Assembly: GCA_038326655.1 (NCBI GenBank) | Contig: JBBQKG010000008.1 | Span: forward strand, 23,679-87,678 | DNA from: Solirubrobacterales bacterium | GTDB lineage: Bacteria; Actinomycetota; Thermoleophilia; Solirubrobacterales; JBBDJG01 | Direction: 5' to 3' | DNA length: 64,000 bases | Part shown: positions 1 to 10,178 of the stretch, in pieces | Layout of the letters: each line of letters begins with the position of its first letter | Position numbering within the stretch: the first letter of the stretch is position 1 | Position numbers and translations under genes: made by a program | The notes under the pieces: model-generated | What the model was told of the DNA's origin: nothing | The model's input: only the letters and a program-made list of their open reading frames with translations | The model's database searches: none

Positions 1-1672
<1,672 letters not shown>

Positions 1673-1678
1673 TCGAGC

Positions 1679-3769
1679 TCAAGCATCCGCGGCGGAATGC
1701 CGCATGAGCTGCTCCTGGAGGCTCATGCGGATCTCGCTCTCGGGCGCGGGCACGCGCGTCCACTTCCCACGCCGGTCGAGTGTCCACGAGTTGGTGTTGT
1801 CGGACAGCGCGAGGTCCAGCACGAGCTTCAGCCGCTCGCGGATCTCCGGCGACTTGAGGGCCGCGAGCGCCTCCACGCGATGGTCGAGGTTGCGCTGCAT
1901 CATGTCGGCGCTGCCGATGAAGACCTCCTCGTCGCCGCCGTTCTCGAAGTAGAAGACCCGCGAGTGCTCGAGGAAGCGGCCGACGATGCTCCGCACCGTG
2001 ACGTTCCCGCTCAGCCCCTTCACCCCCGGCCGCAGCGTGCAGACGCTGCGAACTACCAGGTCCACCCGCACGCCTGCCTCCGATGCGGCGTAGAGCGCGT
2101 CCACGATCCCGACGTCGGAGAGGTTGTTCATCTTCATGATGATCCGGCCCGGCCGCTCGGGCGTCGAGAGAGCCGCCTCGCGCTCGATCATCGCGATCAT
2201 GCGGGTACGCATGCCGTGCGGTGCGACGACCATGCAACGGTACTTCTTGTCACGTGAGAATCCGGTGATGTAGTTGAAGAGGTGCCCGACCTCGGCCGCG
2301 AGGTCGGGGTCCGCCGTGAAAAGCCCCATGTCCTCGTAGATCCGCGCCGTGATCGGGTTGTAGTTGCCCGTGCCCGTGTGGATGTACTGCCGCAGCTCTC
2401 CGCCCTCCTCGCGGACCACCAGGCAGAGCTTGCAGTGGGTCTTCAGACCGGAGAGGCCGTAGACCACGTGGCACCCCGCCTTCTCCAGCGTCCTCGCCCA
2501 GGCGATGTTCGCGCTCTCGTCGAAGCGCGCCTTGATCTCGACGAGCACCACCACCTGCTTGCCGCGCTCGGCGGCCTCGATCAGGGAGTTCACGATCGGG
2601 CTGCCGGCCGTGCGGTAGAGCGTCTGCTTGATCGCGAGCACGTCGGGGTCGGCCGCGGCCTCCTCGATGAAGCGCTGAACGCTCGTCACGAACGACTCGT
2701 ATGGATAGTGGACGAGCACGTCGCGGTCTGCGATCACCTCGAACATATCGACCTCCTCGTCGACCAGCGAGAGGTCCGGATGGGTGACCGGTACATGTGG
2801 CTCGTCCTTGAGGTCGGGCCGGTCGATCGCGTGCAGCCCCCAGAGTCCCGCGAGGTCGAGCGGCGCCGGCAGCGTGAATACGTCGTCGTCGCTCATGTCG
2901 AGCTCGCTCATCAGGAGCTCGCGCACGTGCTGGGGCATGGTCTGCTCGACCTCGAGCCGCACCGCCGGGCTGAAGCGCCGCCTCGTCAGCTCCTCCTCGA
3001 GCGCCTCGAGCAGGTCGTCCGCCCGGTCGTCGATCTCCAGATCGGCGTTGCGCGTGACCCGGAAGGTGTGGTGCTCGACGATCTCCATGCCGGGGAACAG
3101 CTGGTCGAGGTTCGCAGCGATCACCTCCTCGAGCGGCGTGAAGCAGCGGCCCTCCGAGAACGACACGAACCGCGGCAGCAGCGGCGGCACCTTGATCCGC
3201 GCGAAGTGGATGCGGCCGGCGGCCTGATCGCGCACGATCACGGCGAGGTTCAGCGACAGGTTCGAGATGTACGGGAACGGGCGGCCCGCATCCACGGCGA
3301 GCGGCGTCAGCACCGGGAAGATCTTCTCCCGGAACATCGTGTTGAGCTCCTCGCGATTGGCCCGGTCGAGCTCGCTCCACCGCAAAACCCTGACCCCAGC
3401 CTCGCGAAGCGCGGGCATCATCTGCTCGCTGAAGACCCGGGCGTGTCGCTCGGCGAGCGGCACAACCTTGGCTGCAATCGCCGACAGCTGCTCGGTGGGC
3501 GTCAACCCGTCCGCCGAGCGCGTGCGGATTCCGGCCGCCGCCTGCTGCTTCAGGCCGGCCACCCGCACCTGGTAGAACTCGTCGTTGTTCGTGGCGAAGA
3601 TCGCCAGGAACTTGGCCCTTTCGAGCAGCGGCGCGCTCGCCTCCTCGGCCAGCGCAAGCACACGTGCATTGAAGTCGATCTGGGAAAGCTCCCGGTTGAG
3701 GAAACGATCCTGGACCTGTTCGATCTGCCCGCCGAGCCCGGGCTCGCCGAGGTCTCTGACGGTGCTCAC
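1679..3769 (-). CDS. ppk1: Polyphosphate kinase 1
   Basis: 696-aa ORF. FLNRELSQIDFNARVLALAEE, RAKFLAIFATNNDEFYQVRVAGL, GLKTHCKLCLVVREE and IGSADMMQRNLDHRVE are typical PPK1 blocks. GTG start overlaps the upstream gene stop (GTGA). Confidence 0.95.
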   Translation of the reverse strand: MSTVRDLGEPGLGGQIEQVQDRFLNRELSQIDFNARVLALAEEASAPLLERAKFLAIFATNNDEFYQVRVAGLKQQAAAGIRTRSADGLTPTEQLSAIAAKVVPLAERHARVFSEQMMPALREAGVRVLRWSELDRANREELNTMFREKIFPVLTPLAVDAGRPFPYISNLSLNLAVIVRDQAAGRIHFARIKVPPLLPRFVSFSEGRCFTPLEEVIAANLDQLFPGMEIVEHHTFRVTRNADLEIDDRADDLLEALEEELTRRRFSPAVRLEVEQTMPQHVRELLMSELDMSDDDVFTLPAPLDLAGLWGLHAIDRPDLKDEPHVPVTHPDLSLVDEEVDMFEVIADRDVLVHYPYESFVTSVQRFIEEAAADPDVLAIKQTLYRTAGSPIVNSLIEAAERGKQVVVLVEIKARFDESANIAWARTLEKAGCHVVYGLSGLKTHCKLCLVVREEGGELRQYIHTGTGNYNPITARIYEDMGLFTADPDLAAEVGHLFNYITGFSRDKKYRCMVVAPHGMRTRMIAMIEREAALSTPERPGRIIMKMNNLSDVGIVDALYAASEAGVRVDLVVRSVCTLRPGVKGLSGNVTVRSIVGRFLEHSRVFYFENGGDEEVFIGSADMMQRNLDHRVEALAALKSPEIRERLKLVLDLALSDNTNSWTLDRRGKWTRVPAPESEIRMSLQEQLMRHSAADA

Positions 3770-4176
3770 GAAGCCAGCGTACCAGCGTCCTCACGGGCAA
3801 CCGCGAGGCTTGTTTCAGGTGATCGCGACACCGTGAGTCGCTCCGGTAGGAAGCGGTAGCCGACGCCGAAATGCGTGTGGATGTAGGCCCAGCCCGGGGC
3901 CGCCGCATCGAGCTTTCGGCGCACCTTTCGGACGAACACGTCGACGGATCGGTCCCTGGAGCTCATCTGCCTTCCCCAGACCCGCGTGTAGATCTCCGGC
4001 CTCGACACGACACGGTCCGGGCGTTCGGCGAGAACCAGGAAAGTTTGAAACTCTCGGACTGTCAGGCCGACCCGCGATCCGTTCGCGAGCAGCTCGAACT
4101 CCGATGCCCTGATCTCGAGGTTTGCGACGCGAAAGGCGTCTCGCCTGCTGCCCCCGATACGGCCCTCGCTCTCCAT
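3766..4176 (-). CDS. Stand-alone OmpR/PhoB-type winged-helix DNA-binding protein (no receiver domain)
   Basis: Preferred start is ATG 4176 (MESEGR...); the ORF-track start 4257 would add 27 residues. LTVREFQTFLVLAERPDRVVSRPEIYTRVWG ... VDVFVRKVRRKL ... YIHTHFGVGYRF is a Trans_reg_C-type effector domain. At 136-163 aa it is too short for a receiver domain. Its stop overlaps the ppk1 start. Confidence 0.7.
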   Translation of the reverse strand: MESEGRIGGSRRDAFRVANLEIRASEFELLANGSRVGLTVREFQTFLVLAERPDRVVSRPEIYTRVWGRQMSSRDRSVDVFVRKVRRKLDAAAPGWAYIHTHFGVGYRFLPERLTVSRSPETSLAVAREDAGTLAS

Positions 4177-4291
4177 GACAGCGGCGACGCTACGACACGA
4201 CCCCGGGCCCAGTGGTGAACGACTGGTGACCAACTGGGAAAGTCTTGTTGACCGCATTGCGGGCCCGCGACCGAAACAGCAAGCACCGGCG

Positions 4292-5260
4292 CTATCGGCG
4301 GGTGCGGCTGGGGTCCTGGCGCCGGCGTGCGAGCAGCGCGCTCGTCCCCCTGGCCGGCATGACGGTCGCGGGCGCGTCGCGTCCCCCGAGCAGCGAGGTG
4401 GCGAGGTCCCAGAGCGTCGTGGGGCTCGGCCGCAGGGCCGGGTGGATCTCCATCACGAGCGGCGCGTCGTGTGTCAGCAGCATCGGCGCGAGCGCCTCCC
4501 AGGGCACGTTGCCTGCGCCCGGGGCGAGGTGGAGGTCGAGCTGCAGAGGATCGACCGATGCGCTCTCCTGCCCCTTGCGGAGCCTGGCGCCGAAGTTGTC
4601 GTGCAGGTGGAACAACCGGACGCTGTCGAGCACCGGCTCCACGAGCACGGCGACCTCGACTCCCATGAAGCCCGCGACGACGTTTGCGTGCCCCACGTCG
4701 AGCAGCATGCCGACCGCCGGGCTGTCGACGCGGCGAAGCAGGTCGCGCACCGAGAGCGGATCGTGGCAGATGCTCGACCGCCCCGGGTACATGGGGCAAA
4801 GATTCTCGATGCAGACCGTGATCCGCATCGCCTCGGCGGCGACCGCAAGACGGCGCAGCGCGCGCTCCTCGGCCCCGGTCTCGTTGCCGCGGCGCGGATA
4901 GTCGAGGGCGTGGTAGACGACATAACGCGAGTCGATCTGCTGCGCGTACTCGAGCAGGCCTTCGAACGCGCGATCGTGGAGCGCGCTCCCCACCTTCAAG
5001 CTGGTCGGGCCGTGCACGACCGTGCACAGCTCCGTGACCTCGAGCGAGTGCCGCAGCGCGGTCGCGTGCCGCACCCCGTGGCGCGGGTCGGCGAGCATCT
5101 CCACCGGTGGCGTCGTGACCTGGACCCAGCGGAAGCCGGCCGCCTCGATCCCCTTGAGCGTGGCCCCTCCGGGCCACCATCCGTGGGGGACGTTCAGGCC
5201 GAGCCGGTGCTCGAGCCGCCTGCGCGCGTCGCCGAGAGATTGCATGTCTGAAGGTTGCAT
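4292..5260 (-). CDS. Sugar phosphate isomerase/epimerase (xylose-isomerase-like TIM barrel)
   Basis: Real start is probably ATG 5260 (MQPSDMQSLG). The upstream 127 codons of the 449-aa ORF overlap the opposite-strand small gene and look non-coding. Family blocks: FRWVQV, VVYHALDYP, ITVCIENL, LLDVGHANV, FHLHDN. Confidence 0.75.
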   Translation of the reverse strand: MQPSDMQSLGDARRRLEHRLGLNVPHGWWPGGATLKGIEAAGFRWVQVTTPPVEMLADPRHGVRHATALRHSLEVTELCTVVHGPTSLKVGSALHDRAFEGLLEYAQQIDSRYVVYHALDYPRRGNETGAEERALRRLAVAAEAMRITVCIENLCPMYPGRSSICHDPLSVRDLLRRVDSPAVGMLLDVGHANVVAGFMGVEVAVLVEPVLDSVRLFHLHDNFGARLRKGQESASVDPLQLDLHLAPGAGNVPWEALAPMLLTHDAPLVMEIHPALRPSPTTLWDLATSLLGGRDAPATVMPARGTSALLARRRQDPSRTRR

Positions 5261-5278
5261 GTCTCGAATATCGACGTT

Positions 5279-5298
5279 CGCAATTTGCGGCAAGTTGC
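5279..5298. promoter_or_regulatory. Two adjacent GCAA-N-TTGC palindromes in an AT-richer divergent intergenic region (candidate operator)
   Basis: CGCAATTTGCG (5279-5289) is immediately followed by GCAAGTTGC (5290-5298). Both are perfect odd-centred palindromes. They lie between divergent starts at 5260 (-) and 5387 (+). Confidence 0.3.
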
Positions 5299-5386
5299 GA
5301 TTCCGTGACCCCGGTGTGAACGGCTCGTTAACGGACCCCACCGGGACCCGACCTTTTGCGTTCTTTTGTTCTTGTAGAGTCCGCCC

Positions 5387-5611
5387 ATGAGCAGAATGCG
5401 GATCGTGGGAGCAGTACTCCTGCCGGCCGTGCTCTCGCTGGCACTGGCCTCGCCTGCGATCGCAGGCGAGGGCGGCGAGGGCCTCTACGGCAAGACCGAC
5501 GACAAGGTGATCACCAACTTCGGCTTCGGCCTGATCGTCTTCTTCGTGCTGCTCGTGACCGTGCTGAGCCTGGCCCAGTCCTGGCTCGGCCGGCGCAAGG
5601 GCTCCAGGTAG
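5387..5611 (+). CDS. Small secreted/membrane-anchored protein, unknown function
   Basis: 74 aa. N-terminal signal-like segment (VGAVLLPAVLSLALASPAIAGEG) and C-terminal TM helix (FGFGLIVFFVLLVTVLSLA) followed by RRKGSR. GC-rich third positions. Confidence 0.5.
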   Translation: MSRMRIVGAVLLPAVLSLALASPAIAGEGGEGLYGKTDDKVITNFGFGLIVFFVLLVTVLSLAQSWLGRRKGSR

Positions 5612-5661
5612 CCGTTCGCGGCCTGGCCGCGCGTCGCCCACGGCGTTAGGCTCCGCCTCGC

Positions 5662-6645
5662 ATGGCGGTCCTGGTCGAGGACATCACCTCCGCGCACGAG
5701 TCGTGGCAGCCCCCGAACCGAGCGGAGCAGTGGTCGGACTCGTTTTACTTCGGCGGCGGGGACGGCCGCGGGCTCGCCTTCTACTCGCGCGTCGGGCGCC
5801 GGCCGAACGAGGGTGTCACGGAGGGTGCGCTCGGCATCTGGCTTCCGGGCAGGGGCTTCCTCCTGAGCTTCGCGCGAACCGACCTCGGCGACGAGGTCCA
5901 GGCGGGGCCGGTGAGCTTTGGGTGCGCGCTGCCGCTGCGGCTGTGGGAGCTGCGCTTCGAAGGCACCGGGCGGCTCTTCGAGCGCGCCGAGCACGTCGCG
6001 ACCGACCGGGATGCCTACACGACGGTGGACGTGCACGCCGTCCTCACCTTCACCGCCTGGCACGACCCGCTCGCCTTTCGCTCGGGGCTCACCGACCGGG
6101 TCGCGAGCCGCCATTACGAGCAGCCCGGCTCGGTCGCCGGAACGATTGAGGTGGACGACGACCGGTTTCCTCTCGCGGGACAGGGAATGCGCGACCACTC
6201 GTGGGGCGTGCGCGACTGGCAGGCGGTCCCCTACTGGCGCTGGTTCGGCATGATCGCCGATCCGGACAACTTCCTGGTCCTGAACAACGTCGGCACCGCC
6301 GAGGGCGGCGAGGTCGCGGGCGGCTTCATGATGCGCGACGGCGTGCTCGCTCCGATCGCCAGCTGCGAGACCGAGTCCGAGCTCGACCCCGAGCTCGGCT
6401 GCCAGCGGTCGTTCACGGCGCGCGCACGGGATGCAGAGGGACGCGCTACCACGCTCAGCGGCCGTGCCGTGGAGGTTGCGCCGCTGCGACAGCGCCGCGA
6501 CGGGCGCGTCACGCATGTCAACGAGGGCCTCACCGAGTACGAGTGGGAAGGCCGGCGCGGCACCGGCATCTCCGAATACCTGACTCAAACAGGCCGGCCG
6601 TCCGCAAGCGGACGGCCGGGTGAGGCGCGGGACGACCGCTCTTGA
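5662..6645 (+). CDS. Conserved hypothetical protein, possibly AttH/CrtC-like fold
   Basis: 327-aa ORF with good coding character. The motif GQGMRDHSWGVRDW resembles the DHxWG block I recall from hydroxyneurosporene-synthase/AttH-like proteins; this assignment is tentative. Its stop overlaps the TTG start of the next gene (TTGA). Confidence 0.6.
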   Translation: MAVLVEDITSAHESWQPPNRAEQWSDSFYFGGGDGRGLAFYSRVGRRPNEGVTEGALGIWLPGRGFLLSFARTDLGDEVQAGPVSFGCALPLRLWELRFEGTGRLFERAEHVATDRDAYTTVDVHAVLTFTAWHDPLAFRSGLTDRVASRHYEQPGSVAGTIEVDDDRFPLAGQGMRDHSWGVRDWQAVPYWRWFGMIADPDNFLVLNNVGTAEGGEVAGGFMMRDGVLAPIASCETESELDPELGCQRSFTARARDAEGRATTLSGRAVEVAPLRQRRDGRVTHVNEGLTEYEWEGRRGTGISEYLTQTGRPSASGRPGEARDDRS

Positions 6646-7982
6646 CCATCACGGCGGGAGATACCTCAGACATTTGGCAGCGGCCGGCCGAGCTGCTTCA
6701 GCGGCTGATTCGCTTCGATACCACCAATCCGCCCGGCAACGAGGGCGAGTGCATCGCGTTCGTCGAGGGACTGCTGCACGAGGCCGGCCTCGAGACCTCC
6801 ACCCGTTCCCGCGCCCCCGAGCGGCCGAACCTGATCGCGCGCATGCGAGGCCGCGGCACGGCGCCGCCGCTGCTGCTCTATGGGCACGTGGACGTCGTCA
6901 CGACCGCCGGGCAGAGCTGGCAGCACGAGCCGTTCGCGGGCGCCGAACACGACGGCTTCGTGTGGGGCCGCGGTGCGGTCGACATGAAGGGCGGCGTCGC
7001 GATGATGCTGGCGGCCTTTCTGCGCGCGCGTGCGGAGGGCCTCGAGCCGGCCGGCGACGTGATCTTCTGCGCCCTTGCCGACGAGGAGAACATGAGCCGG
7101 TACGGCGCCGAGTGGCTGGTCCGGGAGCACGGCGGTCTGTTCGAGAGCGTCCGCTACGCGCTCGGCGAGTTCGGCGGCTTCTCGATGCACCAGTCGGGAC
7201 GCCGCTTCTACCCGATCCAGGTCGCGGAGAAGCAGGTCTGCACCCTGAGGGCGACCGTGCGCGGGCCTGGCGGACACGGCTCGATGCCGCTCTCCGGAGG
7301 CACGATTGCGAGGCTCGCGCAAATGCTCCAGCGCCTCGACCGGCGGCCGCTGCCGGTGCACGTCACCCCGGTCGCGCGCCGGATGCTCGAGACGATGGCG
7401 GACCGGGTTCCGCGCGCACAGGGCCTCGTGCTCCGGCAGCTGCTGCGACCGCAGGTCGCCGGGCTCGCGCTTCGGCGCCTCGGCGATCGTGCGCGCATGA
7501 CGGGCGCGATGCTCCGCCACACCGCGACGCCGACGATCATCGAGACCTCGAAGAAGTTCAACGTGATCCCGAGCGAGATCGACGTCACCCTCGACGGGCG
7601 CATCCTGCCCGGCTTCGCGCCGGAGGACCTGCTGCGCGAGCTGCGACCTGTGATCGGCGACGACGTGGAGCTGGAGATCGTGCTCTACGACGAGGGCCCG
7701 CCCGCCCCGGACTTCGGGATGTTCGACACCCTCGCGAACGTCCTCGAGCAGGCCGACCCGGGCGGGATCGCGCTGCCGCTGCTAATGCCGGGCGTGACCG
7801 ACGCGCGCTTCTTTGCCCGCCTCGGCATCCAGACCTACGGCTTCACGCCGCTGAAGCTGCCGAAGGGCTTCAACTTCTGGGAGGGCGTGCACGGCGCGGA
7901 CGAACGGGTCCCGGTGGAGGGCGTCGAGTTTGGTGCGAACGCCGTCTACCGGGCAATCGAGCGGTTCGGCGAGGCGCGCTGA
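6642..7982 (+). CDS. M20/M25/M40 family metallopeptidase (dipeptidase/deacylase-like)
   Basis: 446 aa. LLQRLIRFDTTNPPGNE, PNLIARMRGRG, LLLYGHVDVV, WGRGAVDMKG, ALADEE and GHGSMP are typical M20 blocks. Confidence 0.9.
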   Translation: MTITAGDTSDIWQRPAELLQRLIRFDTTNPPGNEGECIAFVEGLLHEAGLETSTRSRAPERPNLIARMRGRGTAPPLLLYGHVDVVTTAGQSWQHEPFAGAEHDGFVWGRGAVDMKGGVAMMLAAFLRARAEGLEPAGDVIFCALADEENMSRYGAEWLVREHGGLFESVRYALGEFGGFSMHQSGRRFYPIQVAEKQVCTLRATVRGPGGHGSMPLSGGTIARLAQMLQRLDRRPLPVHVTPVARRMLETMADRVPRAQGLVLRQLLRPQVAGLALRRLGDRARMTGAMLRHTATPTIIETSKKFNVIPSEIDVTLDGRILPGFAPEDLLRELRPVIGDDVELEIVLYDEGPPAPDFGMFDTLANVLEQADPGGIALPLLMPGVTDARFFARLGIQTYGFTPLKLPKGFNFWEGVHGADERVPVEGVEFGANAVYRAIERFGEAR

Positions 7983-7984
7983 GC

Positions 7985-8944
7985 ATGCCGCCGCATGTGC
8001 GCTGGGCGCTCACGCTGCCGTTCACGGGCGTGCCGCTCCGGGAACATCGCGCGCTCGTCGAGGGCGCCGAGGCGGTCGGCTTCGACGACCTGTGGTCGGG
8101 TGAGACGTCCGGCCCTGACGGCTTCACCCCGCTTGCCCTGGCGGCCGCCTGGACCGAGCGGGTGCGGCTCGGCACCGGCGTCGTGAACGCGTTCACGCGC
8201 GGGCCGGCGGTCCTGGCGCAGCACGCCGCCGCGCTCCAGGACGCCTCGGGAGGACGTTTCTGCCTCGGCATCGGGTCCTCTTCAGACGTGATCGTCGAAC
8301 GCTGGAACCAGATTCCCTTCGAGCAGCCCCTGACCCGGGTCCGCGAGACGGTCGAAACACTCCGCACCGTGCTGGCGGGAGAGCGCGGCCCCGGCGGCTT
8401 CAAGCTCGAGACGCCGCCGGAGATCCCACCTCCGATCTACATCGCGGCGCTGCGGGAGCGGATGCTGCGCCTGGGCGGCGCCGCCGGCGACGGCACCTTC
8501 GTGAACTTCCTGCCGCTCTCGGCCGTCGAGCGCGTGCTCGCCGAGATCCACGCGGGCGAGCGGGAGGCGGGCAAGGAAGAGGGAAGCTCGGATGTCCTCT
8601 GCCGCTTCTTCTGCATCCCCGAGACCTTTGCGGAGGGGCTTCCCCTGGCGCGCTGGATGTTTGCGGCCTACGCCACCGTGCCGGTCTACGAGGCGTTCTT
8701 CCGGTGGCTGGGCTTCGGTGACGCGATCGGCCCGATGGTCGATGCGTGGCGAGCCGGGGACCGGGAAGGCGCCCGGGAGGCCGCGCCGGCGGAGCTGATC
8801 CGCGAGATCTTCGTGTTCGGCGACGGCCGGCAGCAAAAGCTGCGGCTCGGCGAGTTCGTCCAGGCGGGGATCACCACGCCGGTGCTCACACCGATCACGT
8901 CACCGGAGCGGCTCCCCGCGATGATCGACGAGCTCGCACCGTGA
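7985..8944 (+). CDS. LLM-class (luciferase-like) flavin/F420-dependent oxidoreductase
   Basis: Only the last 320 codons of the 774-aa ORF 6620..8944 are credible, starting at ATG 7985, 2 nt after the M20 stop. GFDDLWSGE, LGTGVVNAFTRGPAVLAQHAAALQDASGGRFCLGIGSS and ERVLAEI are LLM-like. Confidence 0.85.
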   Translation: MPPHVRWALTLPFTGVPLREHRALVEGAEAVGFDDLWSGETSGPDGFTPLALAAAWTERVRLGTGVVNAFTRGPAVLAQHAAALQDASGGRFCLGIGSSSDVIVERWNQIPFEQPLTRVRETVETLRTVLAGERGPGGFKLETPPEIPPPIYIAALRERMLRLGGAAGDGTFVNFLPLSAVERVLAEIHAGEREAGKEEGSSDVLCRFFCIPETFAEGLPLARWMFAAYATVPVYEAFFRWLGFGDAIGPMVDAWRAGDREGAREAAPAELIREIFVFGDGRQQKLRLGEFVQAGITTPVLTPITSPERLPAMIDELAP

Positions 8945-9765
8945 TCGAGGAGCGGCGTGTCCTGGTCCCCGGGGGCTCGACGCGCACCCTCGAGGTCGAC
9001 GGCGCACGGCCAGAGCACCCGGTCCTCCTGATCCACGGCAATCCCAGCAATGCCGAGGACTGGATCCCCTTCCTCGAGCGGCTCGAGGGGCGACGGCACT
9101 CGATCGCGCCGGACCTGCTCGGCTGGGGGAAGTCGGAGCGGCCCGCCTCCTTTCGCTTCACGATGGACGCGCTTGCGGGCTGGATCGGCGACCTGATCGA
9201 CGCCCTCGGAATCGCACGCTTCGACCTCGTCGTGCACGATTGGGGCTCTGTCGCGCTGCTCACCGCCGTCGACCGTCCCAGGGCGGTCGAGCGCATCGTC
9301 GTGATCGACACGGTGCCGTTGATGCCCGAGTACCGGTGGCACTGGATCGCACGCCTGTGGCGGCGGCGCGGCGTCGGGGAGCTGCTGAACGCGACCATGT
9401 CACGTTTCGGGACGCGCCAGCTGCTCCGGCAGGCGACCACTCGCAAGGAGGTGCGCCCGGAGCTGGCCGACACGATCCACGACCACCTCGACCGCGGCAC
9501 CAAGCGCGCGATCCTGGAGCTCTACCGGGATGCCGATCCGGAGAAGTTCGCGCCCGTGGAAAGGGCGCTCGGGAGCCTCACCGGCCCGGCGCTCGTGGTC
9601 TGGGGAGACGAGGATCCCTACATCGGGGGTGAGTTCGCAGACCGCATCGCGGGCGCGCTCGGCGGCGAGGCACGGGTCGAACACGTCGTGGGCGCTGGCC
9701 ACTGGCCCTGGCTCGACCGCCCTGAGGTGGTCGACACGGTCGTCGACTTCCTGGCCCCGCGCTAG
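8941..9765 (+). CDS. Alpha/beta hydrolase (haloalkane dehalogenase/epoxide hydrolase-like)
   Basis: GTG 8941 overlaps the LLM stop (GTGA). VLLIHGNPSNAEDW, nucleophile elbow VVHDWGS, and C-terminal GAGHWPWLDRPE. Confidence 0.85.
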   Translation: MIEERRVLVPGGSTRTLEVDGARPEHPVLLIHGNPSNAEDWIPFLERLEGRRHSIAPDLLGWGKSERPASFRFTMDALAGWIGDLIDALGIARFDLVVHDWGSVALLTAVDRPRAVERIVVIDTVPLMPEYRWHWIARLWRRRGVGELLNATMSRFGTRQLLRQATTRKEVRPELADTIHDHLDRGTKRAILELYRDADPEKFAPVERALGSLTGPALVVWGDEDPYIGGEFADRIAGALGGEARVEHVVGAGHWPWLDRPEVVDTVVDFLAPR

Positions 9766-9850
9766 CCGAAGCGACCCGGCCGCCCCTTGCGAGGCGGCCG
9801 GGTCGATCCGGGGAGATGTATGAGGTGTGAAGCTTGCCGCGGTCCGGCCG

Positions 9851-10048
9851 CTACGGCCAGACGAGGCCCGCGTAGATCGTCTTGTCGACCTCTGAGTCGA
9901 GATCGTCCGACTGCTCCTGTGCCGCCGGGTAGGCGACCACGGGATAGAACGCGCCGAGCTCGGACAGCAACGACTCGTCGTCCGGCACGGGCGGGTCCGT
10001 CTCGTCCAGCAGGGCGGTCGGGTCCGGTTGGGCCCAATTCTCTCTCAT
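9851..10048 (-). CDS. Small acidic hypothetical protein
   Basis: 65 aa from ATG 10048 (MRENWAQPDPTALLDETDPPVPDDESLL...). Preceded by GAGGGAAGG, a Shine-Dalgarno-like sequence. No family recognised. Confidence 0.4.
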   Translation of the reverse strand: MRENWAQPDPTALLDETDPPVPDDESLLSELGAFYPVVAYPAAQEQSDDLDSEVDKTIYAGLVWP

Positions 10049-10178
10049 GGGCGTGCCTTCCCTCGTAGTTACCGTCGTAGGTTGCGGGGTCACAGGTGAA
10101 GTTAGGCACGTTTCCTTAGAGCCCTGTGAGCAAACCGTGAAGTCACTGTTAAGTGCGTGTTGCTGTAGAACCCCCGCC

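Noticed and set aside
2250-3908. Numerous 100-550-aa ORFs rich in R/G/P/A on the strand opposite to, or out of frame with, annotated genes. Examples: 2250..3908, 2282..3859, 13860..15029, 28578..30185, 41308..42258, 57017..58447, 60728..61633.
   Set aside because: They have no recognisable motifs and a composition typical of wrong-frame translation of GC-rich coding DNA. Each is fully covered by a gene with clear family signatures.
6642-7982. Duplicate gene families within the window (2 M20 peptidases, 2 crotonases, 2 SnoaL, 2 cupins, about 5 VOC) as possible recent duplications or repeat elements.
   Set aside because: Protein motifs are shared, but the nucleotide sequences are clearly diverged and the contexts differ. 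These are old paralogs, not repeated DNA or mobile copies.
6620-8944. A 774-aa plus-strand ORF spanning the M20 peptidase gene.
   Set aside because: The first ~455 codons are an off-frame reading of the M20 gene (Arg/Ala/Pro-rich, no motifs). Only the region from ATG 7985 (LLM oxidoreductase) is credible.
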